Part shown: piece after piece, positions 25,085 to 36,113 of the stretch
How positions within the stretch are numbered: position 1 is the stretch's first letter
Layout of the letters: each line of letters opens with the position of its first letter
Source: Malacoraja senta
Taxonomy: Eukaryota
Reading direction: 5' to 3'
DNA length: 64,000 bases
NCBI GenBank assembly: GCA_038087875.1
Contig: CM075988.1
Coordinates: forward strand, 5,642,001 to 5,706,000
Notes under the pieces: model-generated
Seen by the model: the letters and a program-made list of their open reading frames with translations, nothing else
The model's database searches: none
What the model was told of the DNA's origin: nothing
Position numbers and translations under genes: made by a program

Positions 25085-26137
25085 AGATGCTTGACTAATC
25101 TTCGGGAATTTGTTGAGGATGTAACAGGTAGAATGGATAAGGGAGAGCCAGTGGATGTGGTATATCTGGACTTTCAACAAGCCTTTGACAAGGTCCCACA
25201 CAAGAGATTAGTGTGAAAAATTAGAGCACATGGTATTGGGGGTAGGGTATTTGCATGGATAAAGAACTGTTAGGCAGACAGGAAGCAAAGAGTAGGAATT
25301 AACGGGTCCTTTTTCAGATTGGCAGGCAGTGGCTAGTGGGGTGCCGCAAGGCTCAATGCTGGAACCCCAGTTATTTACAATTCTGAAGAAGGGTCTCGAC
25401 CTGAAACATCGTCTATTTCCTTCACTCCATAGATGCTGCCTCACCCGCTGAGTTTCTCCAGCATTTTTGTCTACCTTCCAGTTATTTACAATATATATTA
25501 ACGATTTTGATGAAAGGATTAAATTTCCAACTTTGTGGATGACACAAAGCTGGGTGGCAATGTGAGCTGCAAGGAGGATGCTATCAGGCTGCAGGGTGAC
25601 TTGGATAGGTTGGGTGAGTGGGCAGATGCATGGCAGATGCAGTATAATGTGGCTAAAGGTGAAGTTATCCACTTTGGTGGCAAGAACTGGAAGGCAGATT
25701 ATTATCTGAATGGTGTCAGATTAGGAAAAGGGGAGGTGCTAGGGGACTAGGTGTCCTTGTACATCAGTCACTGAAAGTAAGCATGCAGGTACAACAGGCA
25801 GTGAAGAAAACTAATGGCATGTTGGCCTTCATTGCGAGAGGATTTGAGTTTAGGAGCAAGGAGGTCCTATTGCAGCTGTACAGGGCCCTGGAGAGACTGC
25901 ACCTGGAGTATTGTGTGCAATTTTGGTCCCCTAATTTGAGGAAGGACATTATTGCTATTGAGGGAGTGCAGCGTAGGTTCACCAGGTTAATTGCCGGGAT
26001 GGCAGGACTGACATATGATGAAAGAATGGGTCGACTGGGCTTGTATTCACTGGAATTTAGAAGGATGAGAGGAGATCTTATAGAAACATATAAAATTCTT
26101 AAAGGATTGGACAGGCTCGATGCAGGAAATATGTTCA
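25085..26137 (+). mobile_element. CR1-clade LINE RT fragment, interrupted at 25382-25477
   Basis: DVVYLDFQQAFDKVPH, SGVPQG, DDTKLGG and RRMRGDLIETYKI motifs across broken frames. Confidence 0.88.
25382..25477 (+). mobile_element. 96-bp minimal Penelope-derived hammerhead unit with a 15-bp TSD
   Basis: Starts T-CTGAAGAAGGGTCTCGACCTGAAACATC; flanked by CCAGTTATTTACAAT at 25367-25381 and 25478-25492. Confidence 0.85.
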
Positions 26138-26301
26138 CCTATGTAAGGGAAGTCTACACTGAGGGGAATCTGATTCACAGCTTTGTTTGAATACCCACCT
26201 TTCTTTAAAACCAGGACAGTAAGGGTGGCACGGCGGCACAGCGGTAGAGTTACTACCTTACAACGCCAGGAACCCGGGTCCGATCCTGACTACAGATGAG
26301 G

Positions 26302-26524
26302 ATTTAAGACGAACACAAAAGCTGGAGTAACTCAACGGGTCAGTCAACATCTCTGGAGAAAAGGAATAGGTGATGCTTCAGGTCGAGACCCTTCCTCAGT
26401 CTGAAGAAGGTTCTCGACCCGAAAAGTCACCTATTCCATTTCTCCAGAGATACTGTCTGACCCGTTGAGTTACTCCAGCTATTTGTGTCCATCTCCAGGT
26501 TAAACCAGCATCTGCAGTTCCCTC
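26302..26524. mobile_element. Penelope-derived fold-back (inverted pair) insertion
   Basis: Minus and plus units are joined at the hammerhead motif; direct repeat CTACAGATGAGG at 26290-26301 / 26525-26536. Confidence 0.75.
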
Positions 26525-28145
26525 CTACAGATGAGGGTTGAACGTGGATATGAGTAGTGCTGTGAGATGGGGAATTGGGGAGGTCCTGGAATTGGAACAA
26601 CTGGCTTGGTACTTCAACAACAAAACAATCATCTCGATCCCGACTTCAAAGCATGAAGTCTTTGATCGTTGGGTTATAAACAAGCACAATCACAGAAAAT
26701 TGCACATTGCAGGGCGGTGCCTCTTCAGCAGAAGCAAGATAAAACCGACATGCTTCTGTTATCACTGCGGACTGTGCAGTCCGCTTATCTTCCCTTGTGC
26801 GGTTGGAGGGGACGATGGGAGGAGGTCGGTGCAATTAATGCCTCCGCAAGTATTCAAAAGATGCATTAAATGCTAAACAAAGTTGGGATGAGTTTGTGTT
26901 TTAACAGAGTGATTGAGATGACGGCGGGGAGCAGTGTTTAGTTTCCTCCCTCGTTAATAATCTGCAGTAAGCTCTTTTTATTAAAGTCCCATTTGTGTTT
27001 TATATGAAGAGGGGGAGATGGGGGACTTGCTTTCATGTTGTTGGATGAAATTAAAGGCCGTCTCCGTCTCCACCCACTCTGTGTTTACATTAAATATCGT
27101 GTGGCTGTGGCGTGCTGAGATTCTCACGATGATGGACTTGTTGTGACCCTGTCTGCTCCCGTGATTGCCAGATCCCTTGACGTGCAGGAAATGTATATTT
27201 TTCTTCGCTGATGTCTGCCTGGGTTGCCGGATTGTTCAGCGTTGGCACAAAGTGCCGCTGGTCTCCACATGCACCACCCCAACGATGCTGTCAACCAGGA
27301 GACCTGTCCTATTTATTATCCACTTGACCCAAAGGTCAATCAGCAGATTGTCACCAAGGTGTCCGACCAACCCGTACACGCACGTGAGCTGCTGCCATTA
27401 TGTCAAGTGACATCATTAAAGTCTGGAGGCATTTTACAACATTACTGGGAATGTTGAACAGAGGACACTGTTTCTTTAGATAGACACAAAAAGCTGGAGG
27501 AACTCAGCGGGACAGGCAGCATCTCTAGAGAGAAGGAGCGGCAACTACGGAGGGTTCATGGCCCCGACCACGGGTGAACAAGGAGGAGGCCTGACTGAAC
27601 TTTGTTGCCTTCCACCACAGTGAAGAATGTTGTGGTGGATGTTTGTGTTAAATCCTATTGTGCATTGTGTGTTCTGTTTTAATTGTACCGCTGCTGGCAA
27701 ATTCATCTCACTGCACCTTCGGGTGTATGTGACGAATAAAATTGACTTTGACTTTTGTAAGAATGGGTGATGTTTCGGGTCGAGGCCTTCCTTCAGAGTC
27801 ATCAGTCTGCCTGTCCCGCTGAGTTACTCCAGCTTTTTGTGTCTAACTTCGATTTGAACCAGCATCTGCAGTTCCTTCCTGCACACAGTTTCTTCAAGCT
27901 GTTCCTGTTGGCCAGTGAAAGATTGGCAACAGGGCCCAGCATCATTCACAGGTTCCTGGCAGTAACCGCGCAAAGTGTCTGCCCGGAATGAAACAACGTG
28001 GATCGAATTTCCCCCTCGCCTTCATGGTGGTGTTTTCATTATTATCACGTGTAACAAGGTACAGTGAAATACTTGGCAGACAGACCAGCAAGGCGATCAC
28101 CATACATAAGTACAATCCCCCGGTTTGTACAAAATCGACAGAAAA

Positions 28146-28446
28146 GGGTGGCATGGTGGTACAGCGGTAGAGTTGCTGACTTTACAGCGCCAGAGAACCG
28201 GGTTCGATCCTAACTACAGTTGCCGTCTGTACAGAGTTTGTACGTTCTCCCCGTGACCTGCGTGGGTTTTCTCCGGATGCTCCGGTTTCCTCCCACACTC
28301 CAAAGACGTACAGGTTTGTAGGTTAATTAGATTAGGTGAAATTGTAAATTGTCCCCAGTGTGTGTAGGATAGTGCTAGTGTACGGGTTGATCAGCATGGA
28401 CTCGGTGGGCTGAAGGGCCTGTGTATACACTGTATCTCTAAAGTAA
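28146..28446 (+). mobile_element. HE1/V-SINE-type SINE, full length
   Basis: A and B boxes, V-SINE core, CR1-like tail. Confidence 0.85.
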
Positions 28447-28656
28447 AAGTCGAAAGTCGAAATGGCCCATTGTTCAGATGCAAGAGACGCCATGTTGGGG
28501 CCATTTTACAGTCTCAACTTCAGGTGGCCACAAGGGCCTGTTGGACCTGTTCCCCTCACTCTGTTTGTCCCGTGAACCATCCTGGCATGGCCCTCTCCAG
28601 CCATTGTGCAGGAAGGAACTGCAGATGCTGGTTTAAACCAAAGATAGACACAAAAT

Positions 28657-29105
28657 TGGCACTGGTCAGGCCGGATTTTGAATATTGTGAGCAATTTTGG
28701 GCACCATATCTCAGGAAGGATGTGCTGGCTCTGGAGAGTGTCCAGAGGAGGTTTACAAGAATGATCCCAGGATCATTGAGTGGGTTAACATATGATGAGC
28801 GTTTGATGGCACCGGGCCTGTACTCGTTGGAGTTTAGAAGAATGAGGGGGGATCTCATTGAAACGTACAGAATAGTGAAAGGCTTGGATAGAGTGGATGT
28901 GGAGAGGATGAATCTGTGGAATTCTTTGCCTCAGACAGCTGTGGAGGCTGTCAATGGATATTTTTAAGGCAGAGATAGATTCTTGAATAGTACGGGTCAG
29001 GGGTTATGGGGTGAAGGCAGGAGAATGGGGTTAGGAGGGAGAGATAGATCAGCCATGGGCTGAACTTGATGGGCCGAATGGCATAATTCTGCTCATATCA
29101 CTTCC
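28657..29105 (+). mobile_element. CR1-clade LINE 3' fragment with internal deletion
   Basis: LVRPDFEYCEQFWAPYLRKD...RRMRGDLIETYRI followed by a CR1 3' UTR. Confidence 0.8.
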
Positions 29106-29758
29106 CTTTCACTTCATCCCTTTCCGCTGTCCAGGGCTCCCAACATACGCTCCAGATAAAGCAGTCATTTACCTGCTCTTCTTCCTGCCTTGCGTACTAC
29201 AATTGGTGTTCACAGCTTAGTTCAGTTTAGTTCAGTTTATTGTCCTATGTAGCAGGGTACAGTGGAAAGATTTTTGTTGCATGCTTATCCAGTCTGGGGT
29301 TTATGGGGCGAAGGCAGGAAAATGGGGTTAGGAGGGAAAGAGATCAGCCATGATTAAATGGCGGAGTGGACTTGATGGGCCGAATGGCCTAATTCTGCTC
29401 CTATCACTTATGACCTTACTTATGAACCATGGCCACTGTTGGGGACAGGACCTGGCTCCCACTTTTCCCAGCACTCGAGGGAACTTAATCCAACTTTCCA
29501 CTGACCCCTGAGGAAAGCAAGAATTTCCCAGCCCTGATCCGATGCACATTCCTTCAGTATGATTCCCGGGAATGAGGTCAGAGCATGGAAAGTTTAATAA
29601 CGAATTTAGCAAAATGGTCTGAAGTAATAGGAGGGAATGTAAACAAGAGTGCAACTTCTGTATAATCTTGCCATCAGCGGGAACTGGGTTGTGCACTGAA
29701 TGGATGCCAGTACTTGTCTGTGGGGGATTCATCACAGCACTCATTAACCACGACTTTC

Positions 29759-30065
29759 ATTTAGTTTAGTTCAGAGATACAGAGTGGAAACAGGCCCTTC
29801 GGCCCACCGAATCCGCACCGACCTGCGACTCCCCTGCACACTAACACCATCCTACACACTAGGGACAATTTTTACCATTTTTACCAAAGCCAATTAACCT
29901 ACAAACCTGTACGTCTTTGGAGTGTGGGAGGAAACTGGAGCTCCCAGAGAAAACCCACATGGTCACAGGGAGAACATACAAACTCTGTACAGACAGCACC
30001 TGTAGTCAGGATCGAACCCAGGTCTCTGACACTGTAAGGCAGCAGCTCTACCGCTGCGCCACCAT
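29759..30065 (-). mobile_element. HE1/V-SINE-type SINE, full length
   Basis: Same diagnostic motifs on the reverse strand. Confidence 0.85.
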
Positions 30066-31127
30066 TTACCGCTCCCACATCCCAAAGACGTGTAGGTGTG
30101 TAGGTTAATTGCCTTCTGTAAATAATTGCACCTAATTTGTAGAGAGTAAGTGAGAAAGTGGGATAACATAGAACAAGAGATCGATGGTGAATGTGGACTT
30201 GCTGGGCTGACAGGCCTGCCCCCACGTTGGATTGTTCAATCAAAATTACATTCTATCGTGCAAAGTGTTGCATTTTAATGAGCTAAACCAGGGCAGGGCT
30301 CACACAGTGAATGATAGGACTCTGCACGGTGTTGTGGAACAGAGACACCTGAGCGTCCAAGCACCCACCTCTTACACAGGCCTGCTGGCTGCTCCAGATA
30401 CTCAGTCAAGTCCCCGACATCATCTCCCCTGCTCTGAGCCACCGTACGCCCGAGGGTTCGTGGACTCAGTGGGCAATGTCGCGCTTCCTCAAGGAATATT
30501 CCCCTCTGTGCACCTGGCAATATCTTTAAACTTTAGAGATACATCGCCGAAACAGGCCATTCGGCCCATCGTGTCCAGCGATCACCCCGTACGCTAACAC
30601 TGTTGTACTCACTGGGGACATTTTTATCAACACCAATTAACCTATATTTGGAGAGTGGGAGGAAACCGGACCACCTGGAGAAAACCCACGTGGTCACGGG
30701 GAGAACGTGCAAACTCCGTACAGACAGCACCCGTAGTCAGGTTCAAAACTGGATCTCTGGCGCTGTAAGGCAGCAACTCCACCACTGTGCCACCATGCCT
30801 CCCATCTTGCCATGGGTCATCTCTGAATATAGTGCCTGTTGTGGGAGTACTATGATGAACATGGGAGGTAGACTTGGTCTGCCCAACAGAGTCAACTGGT
30901 GCCTGGCAGAGATGATCGCCCCCCTGGTGGAGGGGTGGACCTCACGGCCCTCGACAACAGCACGTTGAACTGGCGACAGCGCCTGGAGGGCGTTACATAA
31001 CTTCTGCTGCCTCAAACACAAGAAGAAGAAGATTATCAACCAGAGATGGTAGATCAGGACTGTTCTCTAGTTATTGACAGGATGGTTCAGTTCCTGGTAA
31101 CATCTGGGAAGAAACTGGGAAAAGATT

Positions 31128-31490
31128 GTTGAGGGCTTGGACACGCTAGAGGCAGGAAACATGTTCCCCGATGTTGGGGGAGTCCAGAACCAGGGGCCAC
31201 AGTTTAAGAATAAGGGGTAAGCCATTTAGAACGGAGACGAGGAAACACTTTTTCTCACAGAGAGTTGTGAGTCTGTGGAATTCTCTGCCTCAGAGGGCGG
31301 TGGAGGCCGGTTCTCTGGATGCTTTCAAGAGAGAGCTGGATAGGGCTCTTAAAAATAGTGGAGTCAGGGGATATGGGGAGAAGGCAGGAACGGGGTACTG
31401 ATTGGGGATGATCAGCAATGATCACATTAAATAGTGGTACTGGCTCGAAGGGCCAAATGGCCTACTCCTGCACCTATTGTCTATTGTCTA
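31128..31490 (+). mobile_element. CR1-clade LINE 3' end
   Basis: ESRTRGHSLRIRG...WNSLPQRAVEA with a (CTATTGT)n tail. Similar fragments at ~17602-17950 (-), 19275-19720 (+), 43005-43342 (+) and 44122-44335 (+). Confidence 0.85.
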
Positions 31491-31496
31491 TTGGCT

Positions 31497-31960
31497 ATTG
31501 AAACTGCCCCTGAATCTGGAGGCGTGCGTTTTCGCTCTTCTGTACCTCTTGCCTGATGGGAGAGGGGAGAAGAGGGAGTGGCTGGGGTGAGACTGGTCCT
31601 TGATTATGCTGCTGGCCTTGCCGAGGCAACGTGAGGTGTAAATGGAGTCAATGGAAGGGAGGTTGGTTTGTGTGATGGTCTGGGCTGCGTCCACAATTTG
31701 CTGCAATTTCTTGCAGTATTGGACGGAGCTTTTCCCAAACCAAGCTGTGATGAATCCTGATAAAATACTTTCTACTGCACAGCTGTAGAAGTTGGTGAGA
31801 GTTGTAGGGGACATGGCAAACCTCCAAAGACTTCTAAGGATGTAGAGGCGTTGGTGTACTGTCTTTGCCATTGCTTCACTATGGGTGGTCCAGGAGAAGT
31901 TGTTGATGATATTTATTCCTAAGAACATGAAGCTTTCAACCATCTCTACTTCGGCTGTCA
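31497..31960 (-). mobile_element. Rex1/Babar-like LINE 3' fragment
   Basis: VESFMFLGINI...QRLYILRSL...LTNFYSCAVESILSGFITAWFG...SHPSHSLFSPLPSGKRYR. A similar fragment lies at ~46085-46500 (-). Confidence 0.8.
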
Positions 31961-32546
31961 CATTGAAAGACCCGCTTTCTTTTGTGGATGCCAGGTTTGG
32001 TCGAACCTCTTGCTGTGCATCAGTAACTGAGAGGACAATGTCTTGGACTTCCATCTCTACGCTTCATGGGAAAGTCTATGAAACCAAGGGGGTGGAGATT
32101 GACCTGACTGGATATTATGGGGAGATGACATTTCAGGGCAACCTCCCATGTTGTAGATTTGCCTGTGTTGACTCTGTACAAGAACAGCTTAGCGGGAGGT
32201 CATCTCATTGAACCATGAAGCTCTCCGTCAGATGGTTGGGATCTGAAGGAAACTTCCTTCTCTGAAAGTCATTGTCCAGTCTGAAGCATTTTCCACAATC
32301 ACCACTGCTGTTCCCAAGTCTCCCGCTCAAAAGGGTTGGGATACGGGCAGATTCCCAGCCAAGTGTCACCCATGTTGATGGGTAGTTGCAGCAATCAGTG
32401 AGTTCGACAGGTCAAGCATTCCACTGCTGCAACTGAACGTCAGACTTGGAGGCAGACTGCAGATGCTGGAATCCTGAGCAAACACAAAGTGCTGGAGAAA
32501 CCCTGCGGGTCAGTCAGGCCGCATCTGTGGAGGCTTCTCTGTGGAT

Positions 32547-32895
32547 TGTCACCTTGTCGTGATGGAGAAGCTTGTGTGGTCCTGAGATCCTGAGAGCGAT
32601 GCCGTCAGGAGCTATGCTCCTGGTAGGGCCACTCATGGCGGTGAGGTCGAGGGGGAGGTCTCTGACAAAGAGCAATCCAACCAAGACCTCACCGGTGGAA
32701 CAGGCGGAGGACGATGGCTGACTTTAGTGGAGCGTCACAACGGCCGGGAAGGCTGATGAAGGCTGCAGCAGAAAAGGGTCCCCGGTCATCTTGGACTCCA
32801 TGCCACTGGATCCTGACCCAGATCTGTCAAGGACCGTGGGATGGCTGTCTGTGCACCAGTCTCCCCACGTTAAACAAAGTCACGCACAGGCGGTG
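32547..32895 (+). mobile_element. RTE-clade (BovB/Expander-like) 5' UTR fragment
   Basis: CACCTTGTCGTG...GCTTGTGTG...GAGCTATGCTCCTGGTAGGGCCAC...CTGACAAAGAGCA resembles RTE 5' leaders (recalled, not aligned). Confidence 0.55.
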
Positions 32896-32904
32896 TCTCC
32901 CTGC

Positions 32905-33429
32905 CGCCCCAGGATTTTGGAATGTTCAAAATCCTCGTGCGACATCTGTGTGTCTTATCAAGTCTTGCGCCCTTTCACACGATGACGTACGGGTGATGCG
33001 TGGTGACGTACTGTCATTGTCTATGCCCATTTATTGTGCGTCATCGTGCATCACCGTGCATCACTAAGCGACAACGATGCGTCATGATTTATAGGGAAGC
33101 TGGTTAATCTAATGGCGTCACGCGCCCCAGATGACGCAACCCGTCGTATCTTGCCGTATCGTGTCGCGGCTGGACGTACATTGATGCCGCTTGACGGCTG
33201 TGACATCACAGGTGCTGTTCTGTGCTGTCGTATGCTTTCACATGTCATCCTATGGTGACGCACGGTGATGCGTGTCCTGTCCTATGGTGACGCATTGTGA
33301 CGCGGAGTGTCGTACCTTGACGCGGCTGTGTCGTATCCTGTCATACTACTTGACGGCTTTTAGGCGACATCGGGTGTCAGTCACTGACGCCCGTCGTCGC
33401 TCATAAAATCGCTAAGTGGGACAGGCCCT
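32905..33429. mobile_element. Right part of a Harbinger-like MITE with TGACGC/GCGTCA internal repeats
   Basis: Ends AGTGGGACAGGCCCT-TCA, the reverse complement of the AGGGCCTGTCCCACT terminus seen at 8988. Confidence 0.6.
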
Positions 33430-33662
33430 TCATACTCGTTTGGAGTGGCCGCCGATGATGATCTGTGGCGGGAATGGACAAGGGAACCGTTCAGGTCTTC
33501 AGACTTTTTTTTACAAAATAAACATAACCATTTATTGTAATAATATATACAATTCAAAACAATACCGAACAAACCCACCACCATAACACAAAATCACCCA
33601 ATTATCCAAACAAATATTCTTAAATGTTACACTCTTAAACGACTATGTTACACTCCTTGTCA

Positions 33663-35397
33663 TAAGACACCGCGGACACCAGAAGCATGTGGCAGGGTGT
33701 CAGGGACATCACCGACTACAAGAGCAGCCCCGCCTGCCCCCACGGTGATATCACACTGGCCAACGAACTAAACACCTTCTTTGTCCGGTTCGAAACTGGC
33801 AACACCACCAGGAGTGGAATAACCCCGGCCATGGCGGAGGGACAGGCCTTAACACTGAGCACCCAGGAGGTACAGTGCGCTCTGCGTAGGATCAATCCAC
33901 GCAAGGCTGCAGGCCCGGATGGAGTCCAGGGAAGGGTACTAAAGGACTGTGCTGTACAGCTGGCGGAGGTATTCATGAGAATCTTCAATCTGTCTCTATC
34001 CCTGGCAACGGTCCCCAAGTGCCTGAAAACAGCCACCATAGTGCCAGTGACGAAAAAGTCCAAAGTCACCAACCTGAACGACTACTGCCCGGTTGCCCTA
34101 ACTCCAATCCCAATGAAGTGCTTCGAAAGGCTGGTCCTCTCCCATATCAAATCCAGCATCCCTGCCTCACTGGACTCCCATCAATTTGCATACAGGGCAA
34201 ATAGATCAACAGAGGATGCCATCTCTCTGGCTCTTCACACTGTCCTGACTCACCTGGACAGACAGGGCACGTATGTGAGGATGCTCTTCATTGACTATAG
34301 CTCTGCATTCAATACGGTTATCCCCACCAAGCTCACCACCAAACTCCACCAGCTAGGCCTCAGCTCGCCGATATGCGATTGGATCCTGAACTTTCTGACG
34401 GAGTGAGACTGGGCCCGCACCTGTCCTCCACTATCACCCTGAGCACCGGCACACCACAGGGCTGTGTACTAAGCCCCATGCTCTACTCCCTCTTCACTCA
34501 CGACTGTGTCCCTACATTCAACACCAACACCATCGTGAAGTTTGCAGACGACACAACAGTGATTGGGCTGATCACCAACGGTGATGAAACAAAATACAGA
34601 GCGGAGGTGCAGAACCTGACGGACTGGTGCGCTCATAACAACTTGTCACTAAACACCTCCAAGACCAAGGAGCTGATTAGTGACTTCAGGAGGTCCCATA
34701 ATGGAGAATACGCCCCAATCTCCATTTACGGGGAAAGTGTGGAGAGAGTGTCCAGCTTTAAGTTTCTGGGCACTCACATTTCAGAGGACCTCACATGGTC
34801 CACCAACACCGCTGCGCTGGTCAAGAAGGCACAGCAACGACTGTTCTTCCTGAGGACATTAAAAAAGACTGGTCTGCCCTAACAGCTGCTGACAACCTTC
34901 TACCGCTGCACCACAGAGAGCATATTAACGTATGGCATCTCTGTGTGGTATCTCAGCTGCACGGAGGCGGAGAGGAGAGCTCTTCAGCGCATCGTCCACA
35001 GAGCGCAGAGGATCATTGGGGCAGAGCTACCAGCCTTGGAGGGCATCTACCACACACGGTGCCTCAGGAAGGCCGTCAGCATCCATAAGGACTCATCACA
35101 CCCTTGTAACGGACTGTTTGAACTACGTCACTCCGGCAGACGTTACAAGGCCTTCTACCCCCGAACCTCCAGACTCAGAAACAGCTTTATTCCAAGAGCT
35201 ATAGCGGCTCTGAACCGGCCCTGCTGAGTGCCCCCCCACTCACCCCCCCCTGGACAGTCTCCCTCGGATGGTCATGTCACTCAGCTTGCTTGCTTATTTA
35301 TTTATCTTACTTTTCCTGTACATCGGTGGAGCTGCATACTAAATCTCGTTGCACTGACGTGCAATGACAATAAAAGATATTATTATTATTATTATTA
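33663..35397 (+). mobile_element. Rex1/Babar-clade LINE, 5'-truncated RT, with (TAT)n tail
   Basis: ORFs 33687-34406, 34373-34882 and 34943-35227: KAAGPDG, LNDYCPVALT, FIDYSSAFNT, GTPQGCVLSP, KFADD. Short TSD TTGTCA (33657-33662 / 35398-35403) inside a Tx1-like 3' end. Confidence 0.9.
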
Positions 35398-36078
35398 TTG
35401 TCAAGGATGCATTTCACCCCCGCGGTGCCCAGCGGTCCCAGAAATCCCCCAGGGCGTCCGTGAAGGTCTTCAGACTCAATCTCAGACTCCTTCGGTCTGA
35501 AGAAGGGTTGCGACCCAATATTCCCTCCACAGATGCTGCCTGACCTGCTGTTCCTCCAGCACCTGCCCCCTGCGACCAGCATGTGGATCCCTCTCCCTTG
35601 TACTGGCCCTGGACAACCGACCGCTGAGCTGGGGACCCAGCACCGAGAGCTGAGGTTCAACGGTCCACAGAGCAACCGACAGCAAGGTTTCATTTTATTG
35701 GAACACAACTGCCCCAAACTAAAACCGTCCGTGGGAAAATCCAATCCCCCTCCCCTTCTCTCCCTCTCTCCCACCTCCTGCTCCAACCCCTCCTCTCTCA
35801 CGCCCCCTCACTGCCCCCGCCATCAGTTTCTCATTGATACTGTCATTGCTCTGCCCCAGAGGCGGGACCCTCAGTCAGCGGGGAGGTGGGGGTCATAGAG
35901 AGGGGTGTGGGTGGGGGTGTGAGCCGGGGAGTGGAGGGAGGGTGGGGGGAGATGGAGCGTGTGAGTGTTGCCGTGGGTGGGGGGTGTCGAGCAGGGGGGG
36001 GGGGTATGTTGGGGCCGGGAGGGGTGGGTGTGAGTCGGGGAAGGGGCGTCAGTGTCAGCTCCCGTCCCGTGTGGCCAC

Positions 36079-36113
36079 GCTGCCACCTGCTGGTGCACCC
36101 GGAACTCTACAGC
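36079..36113 (-). promoter_or_regulatory. Candidate CTCF site
   Basis: Minus strand GCTGTAGAGTTCCGGGTG-CACCAGCAGGTGGCAGC; the core matches CCASYAGRKGGCRS. Confidence 0.55.

Noticed and set aside
30917..30931. CTCF-like CCACCAGGGGGGCGA
   Set aside because: One extra G displaces the conserved GGC; weak match.
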